A stretch of 64,000 bases of DNA, from positions 10,168,001-10,232,000 of the forward strand of contig CM059452.1 of NCBI GenBank assembly GCA_030390025.1. Reading direction: 5' to 3'. Source of the DNA: Squalus acanthias. Lineage: Eukaryota. Position 1 is the first letter of the stretch; each line of letters begins with the position of its first letter. A model generated the notes under the pieces. It was not told the DNA's origin, did not search any database, and saw nothing but the letters and a program-made list of their open reading frames with translations. Below are positions 1-12,472 of the stretch, piece by piece. The position numbers and the translations under genes were made by a program.

Positions 1-303
1 CTATCCCTCCTTTCCTAATGTGCTGTCCTCTTACTCTCATTATTACACCGCTTTTTCTCTTTCTCTCTCTCGTTCTCTGCTTTCTCTTTCTTTTCCTCTG
101 TCTCTGTTTCCAACTCTCTTCATTTCTCACTTTCTTTAAATCTCTCTCTTCTATATATCATCATTGATTCTCTGCTCAGTCCCTCTGCCCTCCGATTATT
201 ATAACCGGGCCCCTCCCAATCCCGTTGCTCCAAACACAGCAGAGCGGCGCTCCCCCTCGGGGCAGGTTTCTGTGCGGACTCTCCGCCTGTTGGTTACAGT
301 GTG

Positions 304-637
304 GGCTCACGGCGCAGAGATAGGTGGCGCTGTCTGTCACTCGCGCGTCTCTCACAGTCAGGGCACTGAGTTTATTGCCTCCCCCGATTGAAGCAGTGAT
401 CCTCCCGTGTTGATCGGTCCCGCTTGTGGCCATCACCAGATGCTGGAGGGTCTGATCCGGGTGCTGTGTGTACCAGTGCAGGACGGTAAAGGCAGCGGTA
501 GCGGAGCAGTTGATGGACACGATTCTCTCTTCACTAACAACCACCCGCCGAGGGAGCTGCTCCACCTCAACTTCACCGCTCACATCCGTGCAGATCAGTG
601 TGTAAATCAGCAGGGAATCTCTGTAAATCAGGAGCAT
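304..637 (-). CDS. TCR alpha/delta-type V segment, intronless leader+V (copy 1), open frame
   Basis: ATG at 637, MLLIYRDSLLIYTLICT-DVSG-EVEVEQ...INC...LHWY...DSATYLCAVS in one frame. RSS on minus strand: heptamer CACACTG 297-303, 23-nt spacer, nonamer ACAGAAACC 265-273. Confidence 0.9.
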
Positions 638-804
638 TAACCGATCAGATGATGAAGATGCTGAAAGAGCTCGGGTTCGAACTAGGACACGGATATTATA
701 TTCAGGGTAATTAACAAAGAGACAGACTCTCGCTTCTTGTCCAAAGCAGATGTTACTTTCTGTGAAACTAACGAAACAAGCTATATCTCTGGGTTTACCC
801 ACCC

Positions 805-950
805 CGGGCTGCCCACACTCTGTTTCTCACTGACACCAGCTCACACTGTCTCTGAGCTCACACCGGGCCGCCCACACTCAGTGTTTCTCACTGACACCAG
901 CTCACACTGTCTCTGAGCTCACACCGGGCCGCTCACACTCAGTGTTTCGC
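805..950. repeat. 61-bp minisatellite, ~2.3 copies
   Basis: Unit ccgggccgcccacactcagtgtttctcactgacaccagctcacactgtctctgagctcaca; ~6 inverted copies at 32169-32560. Confidence 0.85.
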
Positions 951-1975
951 ACAAATGTATCTATCTGTCTCTGTTGGTGTCTTTTTATCACTGTATTCAG
1001 TCACACCTTTGTCTATCTACCTCTGTTGGTGTCTCTCTGTATCACTGTGCTCAGTCACACCTTTATCTCTCTCCCTCTGTTGGTGTCTCTGTATCAGTGT
1101 GCTCAGTCACACCTTTATCTATCTCCCTCTGTTGTTGTCTCTCAGTTGCACTATATTCTGTCACACCTTTATCTATCTGTCTCTGTTGGTGTCTCTGTAT
1201 CACTGTGCTCAATCTCACCTTTATCTATCTCCCTCTGTTGTTGTCTCTCAGTTGCACTATATTCTGTCACACCTTTATCCATCTCCCTCTGTTGGTGTCT
1301 CTCTGTATCACTGTGCTCAGTCACACCTTTATCTCTCTCCCTCTGTTGGTGTCTCTGTATCACTGTGCTCAATCTCACCTTTATCTATCTCCCTCTGTTG
1401 TTGTCTCTCAGTTGCACTATATTCTGTCACACCTTTATCCATCTCCCTCTGTTGGTGTCTCTGTATCACTGTGCTCAGTCACACCTTTATCTATCTCCCT
1501 CTGTTGGTGTCTCTCTGTATCACTGTGCTCAGTCACACCTTTATCTATCTCCCTCTGTTGGTGTCTCTCTGTATCACTGTGCTCAGTCACACCTTTATCT
1601 ATCTCCCTCTGTTGGATCTCTCTGTATCACTGTGCTCAGTCACACCTTTATCTCTCTCCCTCTGTTGGTGTCTCTGTATCACTGTGCTCAGTCACACCTT
1701 TATCTATCTCCCTCTGTTGGTGTCTCTGTATCACTGTGCTCAGTCACACCTTTATCTATCTCCCTCTGTTGGAGTCTCTCTGTATCACTGTGCTCAGTCA
1801 CACCTTTATCTATCTCCCTCTGTTGTTGTCTCTCAATTGCACTATATTCTGTCACACCTTTATCTATCTCCCTCTGTTGGTGTCTCTGTATCAGTGTGCT
1901 CAGTTACACCTTTATCTATCTCTCTCTGCTGGTGTATCGCTGTATTACTGTACTCAGTGCTACGATCCCTACCAT
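951..1975. repeat. ~52-54-bp minisatellite containing CACTGTG (RSS heptamer)
   Basis: Unit ctgtatcactgtgctcagtcacacctttatctatctccctctgttggtgtct(ct); explains the three overlapping low-complexity ORFs. Confidence 0.9.
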
Positions 1976-2495
1976 GAGAACGAAGGTTCTTTTTTTGACT
2001 CAGAGGATTGTTGGGACATAAAATTCCCAACCAAAAGCCGGGAGGAAGCTGAATCCATAATACCGTTTAAAATGTTAATAGGTTAATATTTGAAAAAGAA
2101 ACTCACGTGTGTAGTGAAAGAGGAGAAGAATTGGACTGAGTGAACAGTTTCCTCGGAGAACTGTCACAGGTCCAATGTGCTCCTTCTGATTACGGGAGCC
2201 AGCTGGGCAAAGTAATCGATATATTGATGACCGATTGAGTTTCAGCTGAAGCAGAAGATGTGAGACTGTCACTGACATTAACTCTAGCAGATCCCGTATG
2301 ACTGACAGCGAAACTGAGATGAGAAACCGTGGCCTTCTATCGTGATGTCTCCTGGCTCCTGAACTATTGCAGGGAAGTTATGCAGAAGCAGAGAGCGCGG
2401 TCTCATGGAGTCTGGGCAAGTTGCAGCCTTCAATAATCACCGCCAGCTTTAATACAGAGTGAGACGGAGCTTTGAGTAAACAGTATAAATCAGTC

Positions 2496-2980
2496 ATGGG
2501 GGATATTCACCTCTTCCTGCTCTAATTATCATGTGAGTATTACCTAACTGGTTTTAATGATTCTGCTCTATAAACTGCTGTTTTTCAATGTCAGTGGAGT
2601 TGGGAGGAGACTCGTGTGGAGCATAAAGACAGGTATAGACTAGTTGGGACGAATGACCTGTTTCTTTGCTGTACATTCTGTGTAATTCTTAAATTGTGTC
2701 CAAAGATGCTCCGAGTTTGGCCCAGATTTCTCAACCTGCCCGAGAGTTCGCAGTGGAAGGAAACCCCGTCAGGATCCAGTGCGGGTTCAGCAACACTGAC
2801 AACACCTGTTGGTACAGCCGACTGGTGAGCGATGCCCCGGGATACATCCATTGTAGATTCAAAGGAGAGCGCCACCAAGGCCAGTTTAAGATCCACACCG
2901 ACCGGGATCAAAGTCTGAGCACACTCGGCATCGACCAGGCAGAGTTGGCAGATACCGGAATCTATTACTGTGCCGTGGGC
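2496..2980 (+). pseudogene. TCR-type V with extra Cys (TCWY...IHC); leader has in-frame stop
   Basis: Leader 2496-2532 has TAA at 2523-2525 (TTA in the paralog at 31.2 kb). V exon 2706-2980 is open (IQC, CWY, YYCAVG). RSS CACAGTG 2981-2987 / 23 / ACAATATCT 3011-3019. Confidence 0.85.
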
Positions 2981-3636
2981 CACAGTGTGGGGGAAAGGCC
3001 CCGCTCTCCTACAATATCTCCTCTCTGAGCAAAGCCTGGGTAGATTGGTTGACAGTCAAATCGGTCCCGAAATCGACCAGTTCAGGCAAAGGGCGGTGGT
3101 CAATCCGCAGTTATATTTCTCAATATAAATTAAGGTGAAATTCCTTTTTATTTCACATTTCTGCTCATTAATTTTATAATTTCCTTACAGTTTTTTTTCT
3201 ACTTCCCACCGCTAGTTTCAGCCCCTGGTTTTAACCCACTTCACTGTTGAAGACTTTGGCAACTATCGAATAATATAATAAGTCTGAAATTCCTGTCGCC
3301 AATCTGCTTGACCCGAATTTGTAACGAATGTGAAAGTGACGCAGCCCTTATATAAAGGCAGAGTTGTATAATTTCCGATGGGGTCATTATTATTGAATTC
3401 AGTTCCTCACAGGTGGATCCTGCGTGTGACAACACTGCCCGCGGCAGCCCCGCCCACAGCTTCCGTTTGCTGCTCTCGCTCTGACCCGCCTTGCCTGCCC
3501 TGTGTTATTGGAGAGATTGCTGCCGCTGTTCCCTGTTTGGCATTGATTGGATCAGCAGTGCAGTGGGGCGGGGATCTGTATTTCTGCTCCGACAGAGGAT
3601 TTCCAGGACTGCAGAGTTACAGACTCAGGGAGCGTC

Positions 3637-4104
3637 ATGTGGAACCGTCTCGCACCGCTCCTCATCATTATCTCACTTCTCAGTAAGTATTTCCTTCCCA
3701 GTAAACATCCATTTTCCCCCTGACTGCTGTAACCCAGATATTATATTGGTGAAATGATGATGAAGATGATAATGTGATAATGACTATTACTATTATTTAA
3801 ACTTAGAATGGAGCCACCAAGACACAGTGGAACAGCCGATTCCCGAAATGACGGTTGAAGAGGACAGGAATGTCACACTAACCTGCACCTTGAAAACCAG
3901 CGATCCTCACCCTTCTGTATTCTGGTACAGTCAGCACCCCGGGCAGACTCCACAGTACGTGCTCTATGGAGCGATAGTAAACCGGAACCCCGACTTCACT
4001 GACCGATTCTCTCCTACGTTCAATCGAACTACCAAGATTACCGAGCTAACGATCGGCAAAGCCCTGATCTCCGACACCGCCGTGTATTTCTGTGCCATGA
4101 GCCC
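3637..4104 (+). CDS. TCR alpha/delta V segment (family B), apparently intact
   Basis: Leader MWNRLAPLLIIISLL 3637-3682 with gtaagt donor; V exon 3807-4104 (LTC, FWY, YFCAMSP); RSS CACACTG 4105-4111 / 24 / CCAAAAACC 4136-4144. Confidence 0.92.
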
Positions 4105-4168
4105 CACACTGCTGTAGAGATATAGCGGATCCCGCCCAAAAACCCACACCGAGAGATCCAGATAGTGC

Positions 4169-4182
4169 TCACCAGAGGGCGC
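4169..4182 (+). promoter_or_regulatory. CTCF-like motif ~25 bp 3' of V RSS
   Basis: TCACCAGAGGGCGC; same motif and offset at 34490-34503 (+) and 20086-20099 (-). Confidence 0.6.
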
Positions 4183-5974
4183 TCTCACCCCGATAAACAG
4201 AATTCAGCCTCCACAGTGAGAGTCACAGGGACCTTCTTAATAGGGCAATAAAACACAACTCTCAACAAGAACCAGTGACGTCCACCGGCGGAATTATATT
4301 AGTTGGTGATTTTAACTCGCATTTATAACAAAAATACATTGCGCAAAGGCATCTGCGGCGCCTTTTGTCTTTCGATGCTCTTTCCGTGCCTCCCTGTCCC
4401 TTCTCATACCCTGTCTCCACTCTTTACCCATAATGATATGAATTGCCTTCTTCCAGTGTTTAGTTTAACGATGCAAATCCTTTGCTGCTGCTCGGCATAT
4501 TCATTCAGAACCGCTCCAACCCAGCTTCCCAAAAACAGGAACTGCAGACAGGGCAGTCAATAAACGCAATGGCCCAGAAATTCGTCTCGGCCCATGGAAC
4601 CGAATATCAGGCGCTGCGTATAACCGGCGGCCGATCCGATACCGCCCGTCTTGCGCCACTGCCCGGGACGAATTTCTGGGCCGAAATTTCTCACACCCTG
4701 TGCACCGGCATCTGAACAGTTCTAAGATTATCCACCAGAGGGCGTCAGGTCACAATATTCCTTTTGTGGCTCAGACCCCGGGGCTTTGAGTTAAATGTTG
4801 TTTCTCGAATTGTTGTGCAAATGTTGGAATTAACATTTGAAACCACGTGCCACAATGGTCTGGGTCGGTACGTCGGGCAATAATCATCGCAAAGGTCATC
4901 CATCATATCGAAGGATATAATTCTGAAACTAACCAATGGGCAGGACAAGTAAGTGGAAGTATGTGGAAGATGGGGAAAGGAATATTAAAATGTGAGTGAA
5001 AGACACATCCTGAGATCTGATTTCTGAAGCCATTAACTGCACCGATGGTGGAGATCGATGTTAAAGGAGCGAAAGACAAACCGAAACCGCCTGTAGTTTG
5101 TTTCTTTTCCGGCGCCACATCCTTTTCTAATATGAGTGAAAGTTGAAAGGACAGTTTTTCATGTCCTGCTGGTGTTGAGCTCTTGTTAACGAGATCCCGC
5201 CCGACACCTCACCCTGGGGGTTTGACCCCGGTCCCGCCGCTCTGCTCCCGGGCACTTTAAGCAGATGAGCGGTAAGTTGCTGAAAAGCGCCGCTCCCTCC
5301 ATTCTCTCTCATTGCAAATCCAAAATCTGAAAATTAGGGATCCTAAAATTAATCATTACAGGCACAAAGATGGCCCCAATTCACCAGATATAACTGAAAA
5401 TATTTTGAATGCAAACCACAGAAGGGGACGGTGCTTGAAACACTGCTTAAATTACAGGGAGAGCTTATTCTTCATGTCCCTTCAATAGTTTGTTCAGTAA
5501 CAGCAGATATCATCGTTCTAATATCACGGATCTATAAATCACTCCGATAAAATGCCGAGTCATTGATAGTTCACCAGTTAATGGACCCGTGAGGGAAAGC
5601 TCACTAGAGTCACGGTTATCGGTGTCCCGACGGTCAAACTAACGGAATTCTGGAGAAAGAATTGACCTCGGAATAAACCATAATTCATCAACAATCCCTG
5701 AGCTTCCCGGTTACAATAACCTGACCAGGGTTTCATTCCCACCCCCGGTCTCGTAAAGCGGAACCATTCCATATAAGGACACTGACTGTAGCCCAGCTCG
5801 GGGTGTTTCCATTCACTGACAGCCAACTCACCACCTACCGGTCTCACAGCACCACTGGGGACACCAGGAAGTGAGGTCAGAGCATCCTGAGACACGACAG
5901 CAGATTATTGAGGGCGGGGATTAGAACGGGTGTCTTCAAATATCCAATCCCCTTTTACAGAGCGGACAGCGACA

Positions 5975-6438
5975 ATGCGGCTACTCAGTATCTGGGCTGT
6001 GTGGGGGGCATTTCTGACAGGTAATTGTGGAGCAAACACATTTCATCTTTTCTCTCATTTCTCATATGTTTTGATTCTGAATTTTAAACACACGCCGGTC
6101 TGATCTTTTCCTGTTTGAACATGTTTTTCAGATCTGAGTCTTGGAGATTCTCTCACTCAGCCGCTGTCCCCGGGAGTTAAGACAGAAGGAGAAGCGGTGA
6201 CTTTAAGCTGTACCTATGATACTGCACTGAGCTACTATCATATATACTGGTACCGGCAACACCCAGACACACAGCCCGAGTTTATACTGAGGAAAGGCTC
6301 GAGCACTGGTGAAGACAAAGCAGATTTTGCTAAAACCCGTTTCTCTGTAGAGCTCAAGACCTCGACTAAATTCACCAGTTTAACCATCTCGGGGCTGCAG
6401 CTGACTGACGCTGCCGTGTATTACTGCGCCCTGAGACT
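5975..6438 (+). CDS. TCR alpha/delta V segment (family D), apparently intact
   Basis: Leader MRLLSIWAVWGAFLT 5975-6020; V exon 6132-6438 (LSC, YWYRQ, YYCALR); RSS CACAGTG 6439-6445 / 22 / ACAAAAACT 6468-6476. Confidence 0.93.
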
Positions 6439-6779
6439 CACAGTGATGGAAAGCAGTCTCACCCCGTACAAAAACTGCCATTGGACTGTAGGGCGGAGCT
6501 CCTGTCTGTTGTGGTTGTGTGGAATCGCGGGCAGATGCAGCCACAATGAGCAGCGCGCTGTCAGGCGCTCAAACACACACCGAGAGGAAACCAAATTAAC
6601 CTCGGATCAAACTGTCACCCAACTGCTTCCAGGAGCGGCCGAGAAAACAAACTGCAGAATCCAATCGGCCCGAAAGATCAATCACAGAATGAATCCTCTT
6701 TTCTGTTTCTGATCAGCTGTTTTCCCTTAAAGTCATGGATCGATATTCAGAACAGCTCTGAGAAGGAGGTTGCTGACAT

Positions 6780-7150
6780 TCAAACGTCACCCAAATATCG
6801 CCTAAATCACCGACGTCACATCACTCAAACATGGCCGACTCTACCTTCCTCAAACAAGGCCGGCTATACCTCACTCAAACAAGGCCGACTGTACGTCAAT
6901 CAAACAAGTCCGCCTGTACGTCACTCAAATATGGACGAAGGCACGTCACTCAAATGTGGCCCACGCCACGTCACTCAACCACAGAGCGCGAGAGGCTGAC
7001 ACACAAAATGCAGACTGACGTCACACACATAGAATGCAGACTGACGTCATACAGACTGCAGATAAACGTCACACAGACGTAGACCACGTCACACAGATTG
7101 ACGTCACACACAGACTGCATACTGACGTCACACAGACTGCACAGTGTCAC
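6780..7150. repeat. degenerate short repeat rich in TGACGTCA/ACGTCA
   Basis: Full TGACGTCA at 7016, 7042, 7099, 7123 plus several half-sites. Confidence 0.65.
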
Positions 7151-7559
7151 CAGAGTACATGGGAAAGGGGGAATCTGGGTGTTTTGCAGTGAATGGGGCG
7201 AACCGAGCATTAGGAAAAGCAGAACACATAGGGATAAATAGAGATATAAAACAGACAAGGAACAGAAAAACAAACAGCAGATTAAAATTAAGAAATAGAA
7301 CAATGGAAGTGATTAAATGAAAGGAAGATCTCAGCAATGTACCTGTGCAGCTGAGTGAGGCCCCCCACGGTGTATCAGCCCTATCCCTTTCTGCTCTGGA
7401 TGCTTAAAGATCTGAGCAATGTATCTGTGCAGGTGATTGAGGACTGATACGTAGAGCAGCTCAAGGCCTGTCTGGTCTCAAAGGTTAAAGATCTGAGCAA
7501 TGTATCTGTGCAGGTGAGTGAGGCTTCCCTCGATGTATCAGCTCAGTGCCTGTCTGTAC

Positions 7560-8150
7560 TCAATGGTTGAAGATCTGAGCAATGTCTCAATTATTACTGC
7601 ACTAGACACTGTCTCTGTGAATATTATACCTCGGCCCTGTCTCATTTATTACTGCAATAGAAAATGCCTCTGTTTATATTACATTAGGCCATATATTATT
7701 TATTACTGCACTAGACCATGCCCCTGTTTATATTACACGAGACTATGTCTCAGTTACACAGTGCTGGACTATGTCTGTGTTAATAGCACACTCGGCCCTG
7801 TCTCAGTTATTACTGCACTAGACCCTATCTCTATTTATATTACACACGGCCCTGTCTCAGTTATTACTGCACTAGACCTTGTCTCTATTTATATTACACA
7901 AGGCCCTGTCTCAGTTATTACTGCACTAGGTACTTTCTCTGCTTATATAAGAATAGACCCCGTATGAGCTATCAATGCACTATAACTTGTCACTGTTTAT
8001 TTTTCACAAGGCCCTGTCTCAGTTGCTACTGCATTAGACAATGTCTCTGTTTTATTACACTAGGCCCTTTCTCAGTTAATACTGCATTGGATAATGTTTC
8101 TGTTTATATTAAATTAAATCCTGCCTCTGTGTACGTTGCAGGAGACCATG
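7560..8150. repeat. degenerate ~55-60-bp tandem repeat
   Basis: Recurrent ggccctgtctcagttattactgcactagac. Confidence 0.7.
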
Positions 8151-8499
8151 TTTGAGTGATAAAAGCACCACACTTTATCGCCTGTTTATCGCTCTATCCA
8201 CCTCATCAATTCATTTCAACATTTTCAACACCTCAATTATATCACCCCGTAATCTTCTATATTCAAGGGAATACAAACCCAGCCTCTGCGCTCTGTCCTC
8301 ATAATTTAACCCTGGCGAATCAGCGCTGCACCCCCTCCGAGGTCAATGTATCTTCCTGAGGAGCGGTGCCCAGTGCTAAAAGCAGTCCTCTAAACGAGTC
8401 TAACCAGTGATGTATATTAATGTAAGATAACTTCTACCCCTTTTTTGTTCCAGCCCCCTACAGATAAAGGCCAACATTCCATTAGCCTTTTAATTAATT

Positions 8500-8745
8500 A
8501 CCTCCAAGTTCCCCTCCAAGTCACACGCCATCCTGACTTGGAAATATATCGCCGATCATTCATTGTCGCTGGGTCAAAATCCTGGAACTCCCTCCCTAAC
8601 AGCGCTGTGGGAGTACCTTCACCACACGGACTGCAGCGGTTCAAGGAGGCGACTCACCACCACCTTCTCAAGAACAACTTGGGATGGTCAATAAATGCTG
8701 GCGTTGCCAGCGACGCCCACATCCCAGGTAGGAATAAAAACAAAA
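8500..8745 (+). mobile_element. 3' end fragment of CR1/L2-group LINE
   Basis: Matches the 3' ends of the elements at 30775-31030 and 52360-52610. Confidence 0.75.
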
Positions 8746-11399
8746 TTGCGTACCTGTCCTGTCCACTATCTTTTAGTGATTTCTGTACTCGGACAACTAA
8801 ATCTCCAGGGGTTATATTTGCCCATCACTAGGCGCCCTGATGGTATTAGGAGTCAAGCACGATAAGTGTGGAGCTGATTCCTTACAATGAAGGACATTAA
8901 GCAACCAATTGTGGTTTTTAACAACGTTAAGTCTGGAGCAGATTCCCTACAATGAAGGACATTATTCAACCAATTGTGGTTTTTAACAACGTTAAGGGTG
9001 GAGCAGTTTTCCTACAATGAAGGACATTATTCAACCAATTGTGGTTTTTAACAACAATCCGACAGCTTTCATCCCCATTTCCTGTTGTCAGCTAACATAT
9101 TATTAGTTGTATTCGACTTCAGTTTCACGCCATGACGAGATTCGAACTTACGTACTCTGAGTCACGGGTCTAGTACTCTAACCGCTGGGCTGGTTGGTCC
9201 ACTGTAAGAGTGATGTCTGCAGTGCAACACGTCTCATTATAGGAATAGCTTTAAAGGTATAGGAACTTCAACAGCTTAGATTGACCGGGACGACCCTAGG
9301 AATGGTAGCTACAGATATGATGGGAGACTTGAGATTTCCATTGAAGCAAAAAAGACTAAGCGATCTAATCGAGTTTTTATTGTAAACTGGATTTATTGGA
9401 GGGGAGATGGAAAGACTGATTCCTCTGCTTGAGGAGTCAGTAACGAAAGGTCATTAAATTATAATTGAGGGTGACATAAGTTGGCAAAAATATCTGTATG
9501 GACGCGGGGCTGGGGAGCGCGGAGTTGCTGGAGCATGGGGTACTTTGCCACATGGAGTGTTTGAGGCAGAGAACATGACCTCTTATAAGTGTTGCAGATG
9601 TGTTGTCGTTATGTTACTCGATTTGTAATCCTGGGCTAATAATTTGATTGCACGAGTTCAAATGGTACCAGAGTGGTTTTGGAAATTGAATTCAGATTTT
9701 TTTTAAATAAATAAGAAGCTGGTATCAGCAAAAGTGACCATGATATTGGATTGTGGTTAAAAAAACAAACTGGTTAACTAACGTCTCTTCAGGGAAGGAA
9801 ACCCGCCGTCCTTACCCCGTCAGGCCTATATGTGACTCCAGTCCCATACTCAACGTGGTTTAACTGACTTTTGAGGTGGCCTTGCAAGTCCCTCAGTTGT
9901 ATCAAACCTTGAAAGAGCAGAACTGCAGTGGCTCGGGAAGAAGACGAACTTCTCAAGGGGCAACCAAGGGATGGGCAATAAATGCTGGCCTTGCCAGTGA
10001 AGTCCGCATCCCGAGAATTAATATTAAAGGGAAAGGTTAAAGATGCAGTTGCATTAACTTCAGATTGTTGTCCCGACAGCCCGCCGAGATATTTCCGCTC
10101 CTCCAATTCTAGCCTCTTGTGCATTCCCTATTTTAATCGCTCCACCATCGGCGGCTGTGCCTTCAGTTGCCTAGGCCCCAAGCTCTCGAATTCCCTCCCT
10201 AAACATCAGTCCTTATATCTCCTTATGTAGCTCGCTGATAAATTTTGTTTGATAACGCTCCTATGAAGCACCTTGGACGTTTTTCTACGTTAAAGGCGCT
10301 GAATAAATGCAAGTTGTTGTTGGGATTGATTGATAGTTTTCCGATTAGGAAAGGATAAGAAGGAATACGGAAGCAAGGCTGGTAGATGGAGTTAAGATAC
10401 AGATCAGCCATGATCTAATTGAACGGCCTAACAAGCTAGAAGGGTTGCATGGCCGACTCCTGTATTCCTACTTCTTTACTAAATTAGGATACAGAAATAA
10501 ACGAGATCGGGATTGTCTGTATTAGCAAATAAAATTAATTAAATAATATGTTCTCTTTTAAAATTACTGATCCTATTTTACAATATTGCTTGTAGGAAAT
10601 TATCTTTAGTTATTAGTCAATATAAACACTTGCTGTTTAAAAACATTGCTGAATTAATTAATTTAATTTTCTTCCAATCCTTATTCAAAATCCTACTGAC
10701 TCCAGCTAAGTAATAAAATTCAGAAACAACTCGGGCGGTGCAGAGCGCATTTAAGAGGCCCGGTCTGAGCCCACCCCACCCCCGTCATCCACGGCAGCGC
10801 AAACGTGAATTTGTGTGACGTTCAATGGGCTATGTTTGTGTGACGTAACACGCTGCGCATGTCTACCGTTTATTTAAGGAAAGGTGACTTCCGTTTCCAC
10901 AAAAATAAGCGCTCGATCTTAATCAATAAATCTGCAAGTTTGGCGCCCGTGAGAATAAAAACGTTGTCGTTGAAGCGGTTTGTGAGGTGCGCATGTGTGA
11001 ATAGCTATCCCAGAGGGCAGAGCGGCTCCTGTCACAGATGGGGGTTTTTCTCTGCCGCTGTGAATTGTGGGAGTCGCAGCCCTCCATGGCCGAGTCCTTA
11101 CCTGAGTGAAACTACACCCAACCTCCTTCCAGCCCGGTTATTGGTCCGGACAGACTGCGGTGTCCTGTTGAGCGAAGAGAATCTCTGAGTAGATTGGCCA
11201 CCGAATCCGGGAAATCCAGTAGGTGGTGATCGCTCATCAACCCAATCGGTGAAAGAGGAATTGAACCAAAGAAAAGGAGAGAATAAACTCTACTGGTCCC
11301 TGTGGAAACAGGCGGAAAATAAATTTAACCTCCAGGGTGAAATATGACTAGGCAAATGATACATTTTTATCGTTAGAAAACGTTATTTGGACAGATAGT

Positions 11400-11865
11400 G
11401 TCAGCCGTGGCTCAGTTGGTAGCACCCTCGCCTCTGAGCCATGAAGGTTGTGGATTCAAGTCCCACTCCAGAGACTCGAGCACAAACATCTAAGCTAACA
11501 CTCCAGTGCAGTACCGAAGGAGTGCTGCACTGTCGGAGGTGCCGTCTTTCGGATGAGATATTAAACTCAGGCGTCGTCAGCTCCCTCAGGTGGACGTAAA
11601 AGATCCCAAGGCATTATTTTGAAGAAGAGCAGGGGAGTTCTCCCCGGTGTCTTGCCCAATATTTAGCCATCAATCCACATCACTAAAACAGATTATCTGG
11701 TCATTCTCACATTGCTGTTTGTGGGAGCTTGCTGTGCACAAATTGGCTGCGCGTTTCCTACATTACAACAGTGACTACACTTCAAAAAGAACTGCATTGT
11801 CTGTAAAGCGGTTTGGGACGTCCGGTGGTCGTGAAAGACGCAATAGAAATACAAATCTTTCTTTC
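11400..11865 (+). mobile_element. tRNA-derived SINE (elasmobranch HE1-like)
   Basis: A box tggctcagttgg, B-box-like ggattcaagtccc, LINE-like 3' tail ending ctttctttc; related copies near 25.8 kb and 56.5/60.6-60.9 kb. Confidence 0.75.
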
Positions 11866-12165
11866 GTTCAAAGGGAGGTGAGAATGTGGAATTTTCTGTC
11901 GATAGTGTTGTTGACTCAGATTCCTGTGGAGGATCAAAGGGATTTGGGATTCCAGGGACTTTCCAGATATTTTCAATCTGTGGTCTGTCTGTTTATGACA
12001 CGTTGACGAAACTTTTTGGATGGAAGAATTGTTGTCCTTCTCCGTCAGACTACACAGTGACATTGGACCATGAGATACAATAAACCAAAGAGTTTACTGT
12101 CACAGTCTGCCGCGCCGGAGCACCTGTAGTTTATTGTCGGCTCTTGCTCTAAATACAGCACCGTG

Positions 12166-12472
12166 TGCGGTGTTATGACCCAGAACTATTTCCTGGAATC
12201 CGCAGCTGTCAGCTGTGAAACCCTTAAACTGACGGTTCTGTTAGTTTTGGCCAAAGATGTGGTGAAGCGCCGTCTTGCAAAGTTCGCATCGTCACTGAAC
12301 CGGTCGGTGCAGCGGATGAGGATATTCTCCGGGCCCACGGACCGACCCTCCCGGAACCGGGACAGGCAAACTCTCGTCACCTCTGTATAGGAACAGGTTA
12401 TTGTCGCGATCTCTCCCTCCTGAGCGGTCACCTCTTCCATTGGCCAATGAGCGATCCATCCAATGACGCTGT
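12166..12472 (-). pseudogene. degenerate TCR V pseudogene with extra Cys (VCLS...ILIRC)
   Basis: Acceptor at 12473-12474; ITC retained, Trp replaced by Arg, YYC region reads K*FW; heptamer CACGGTG 12159-12165 with degenerate nonamer; no leader seen (CR1 fragment 12590-12870 upstream). Confidence 0.8.

Noticed and set aside
942-2086. Three 340-370 aa ORFs
   Set aside because: Translations of a stop-free minisatellite in all frames.
10941-10949. TGGCGCCCG resembling a tRNA-Lys primer-binding site
   Set aside because: Only 9 nt match; no LTR pair or gag/pol nearby.
11400-11475. tRNA-like A/B boxes
   Set aside because: Head of a SINE, continuous with SINE body and tail.
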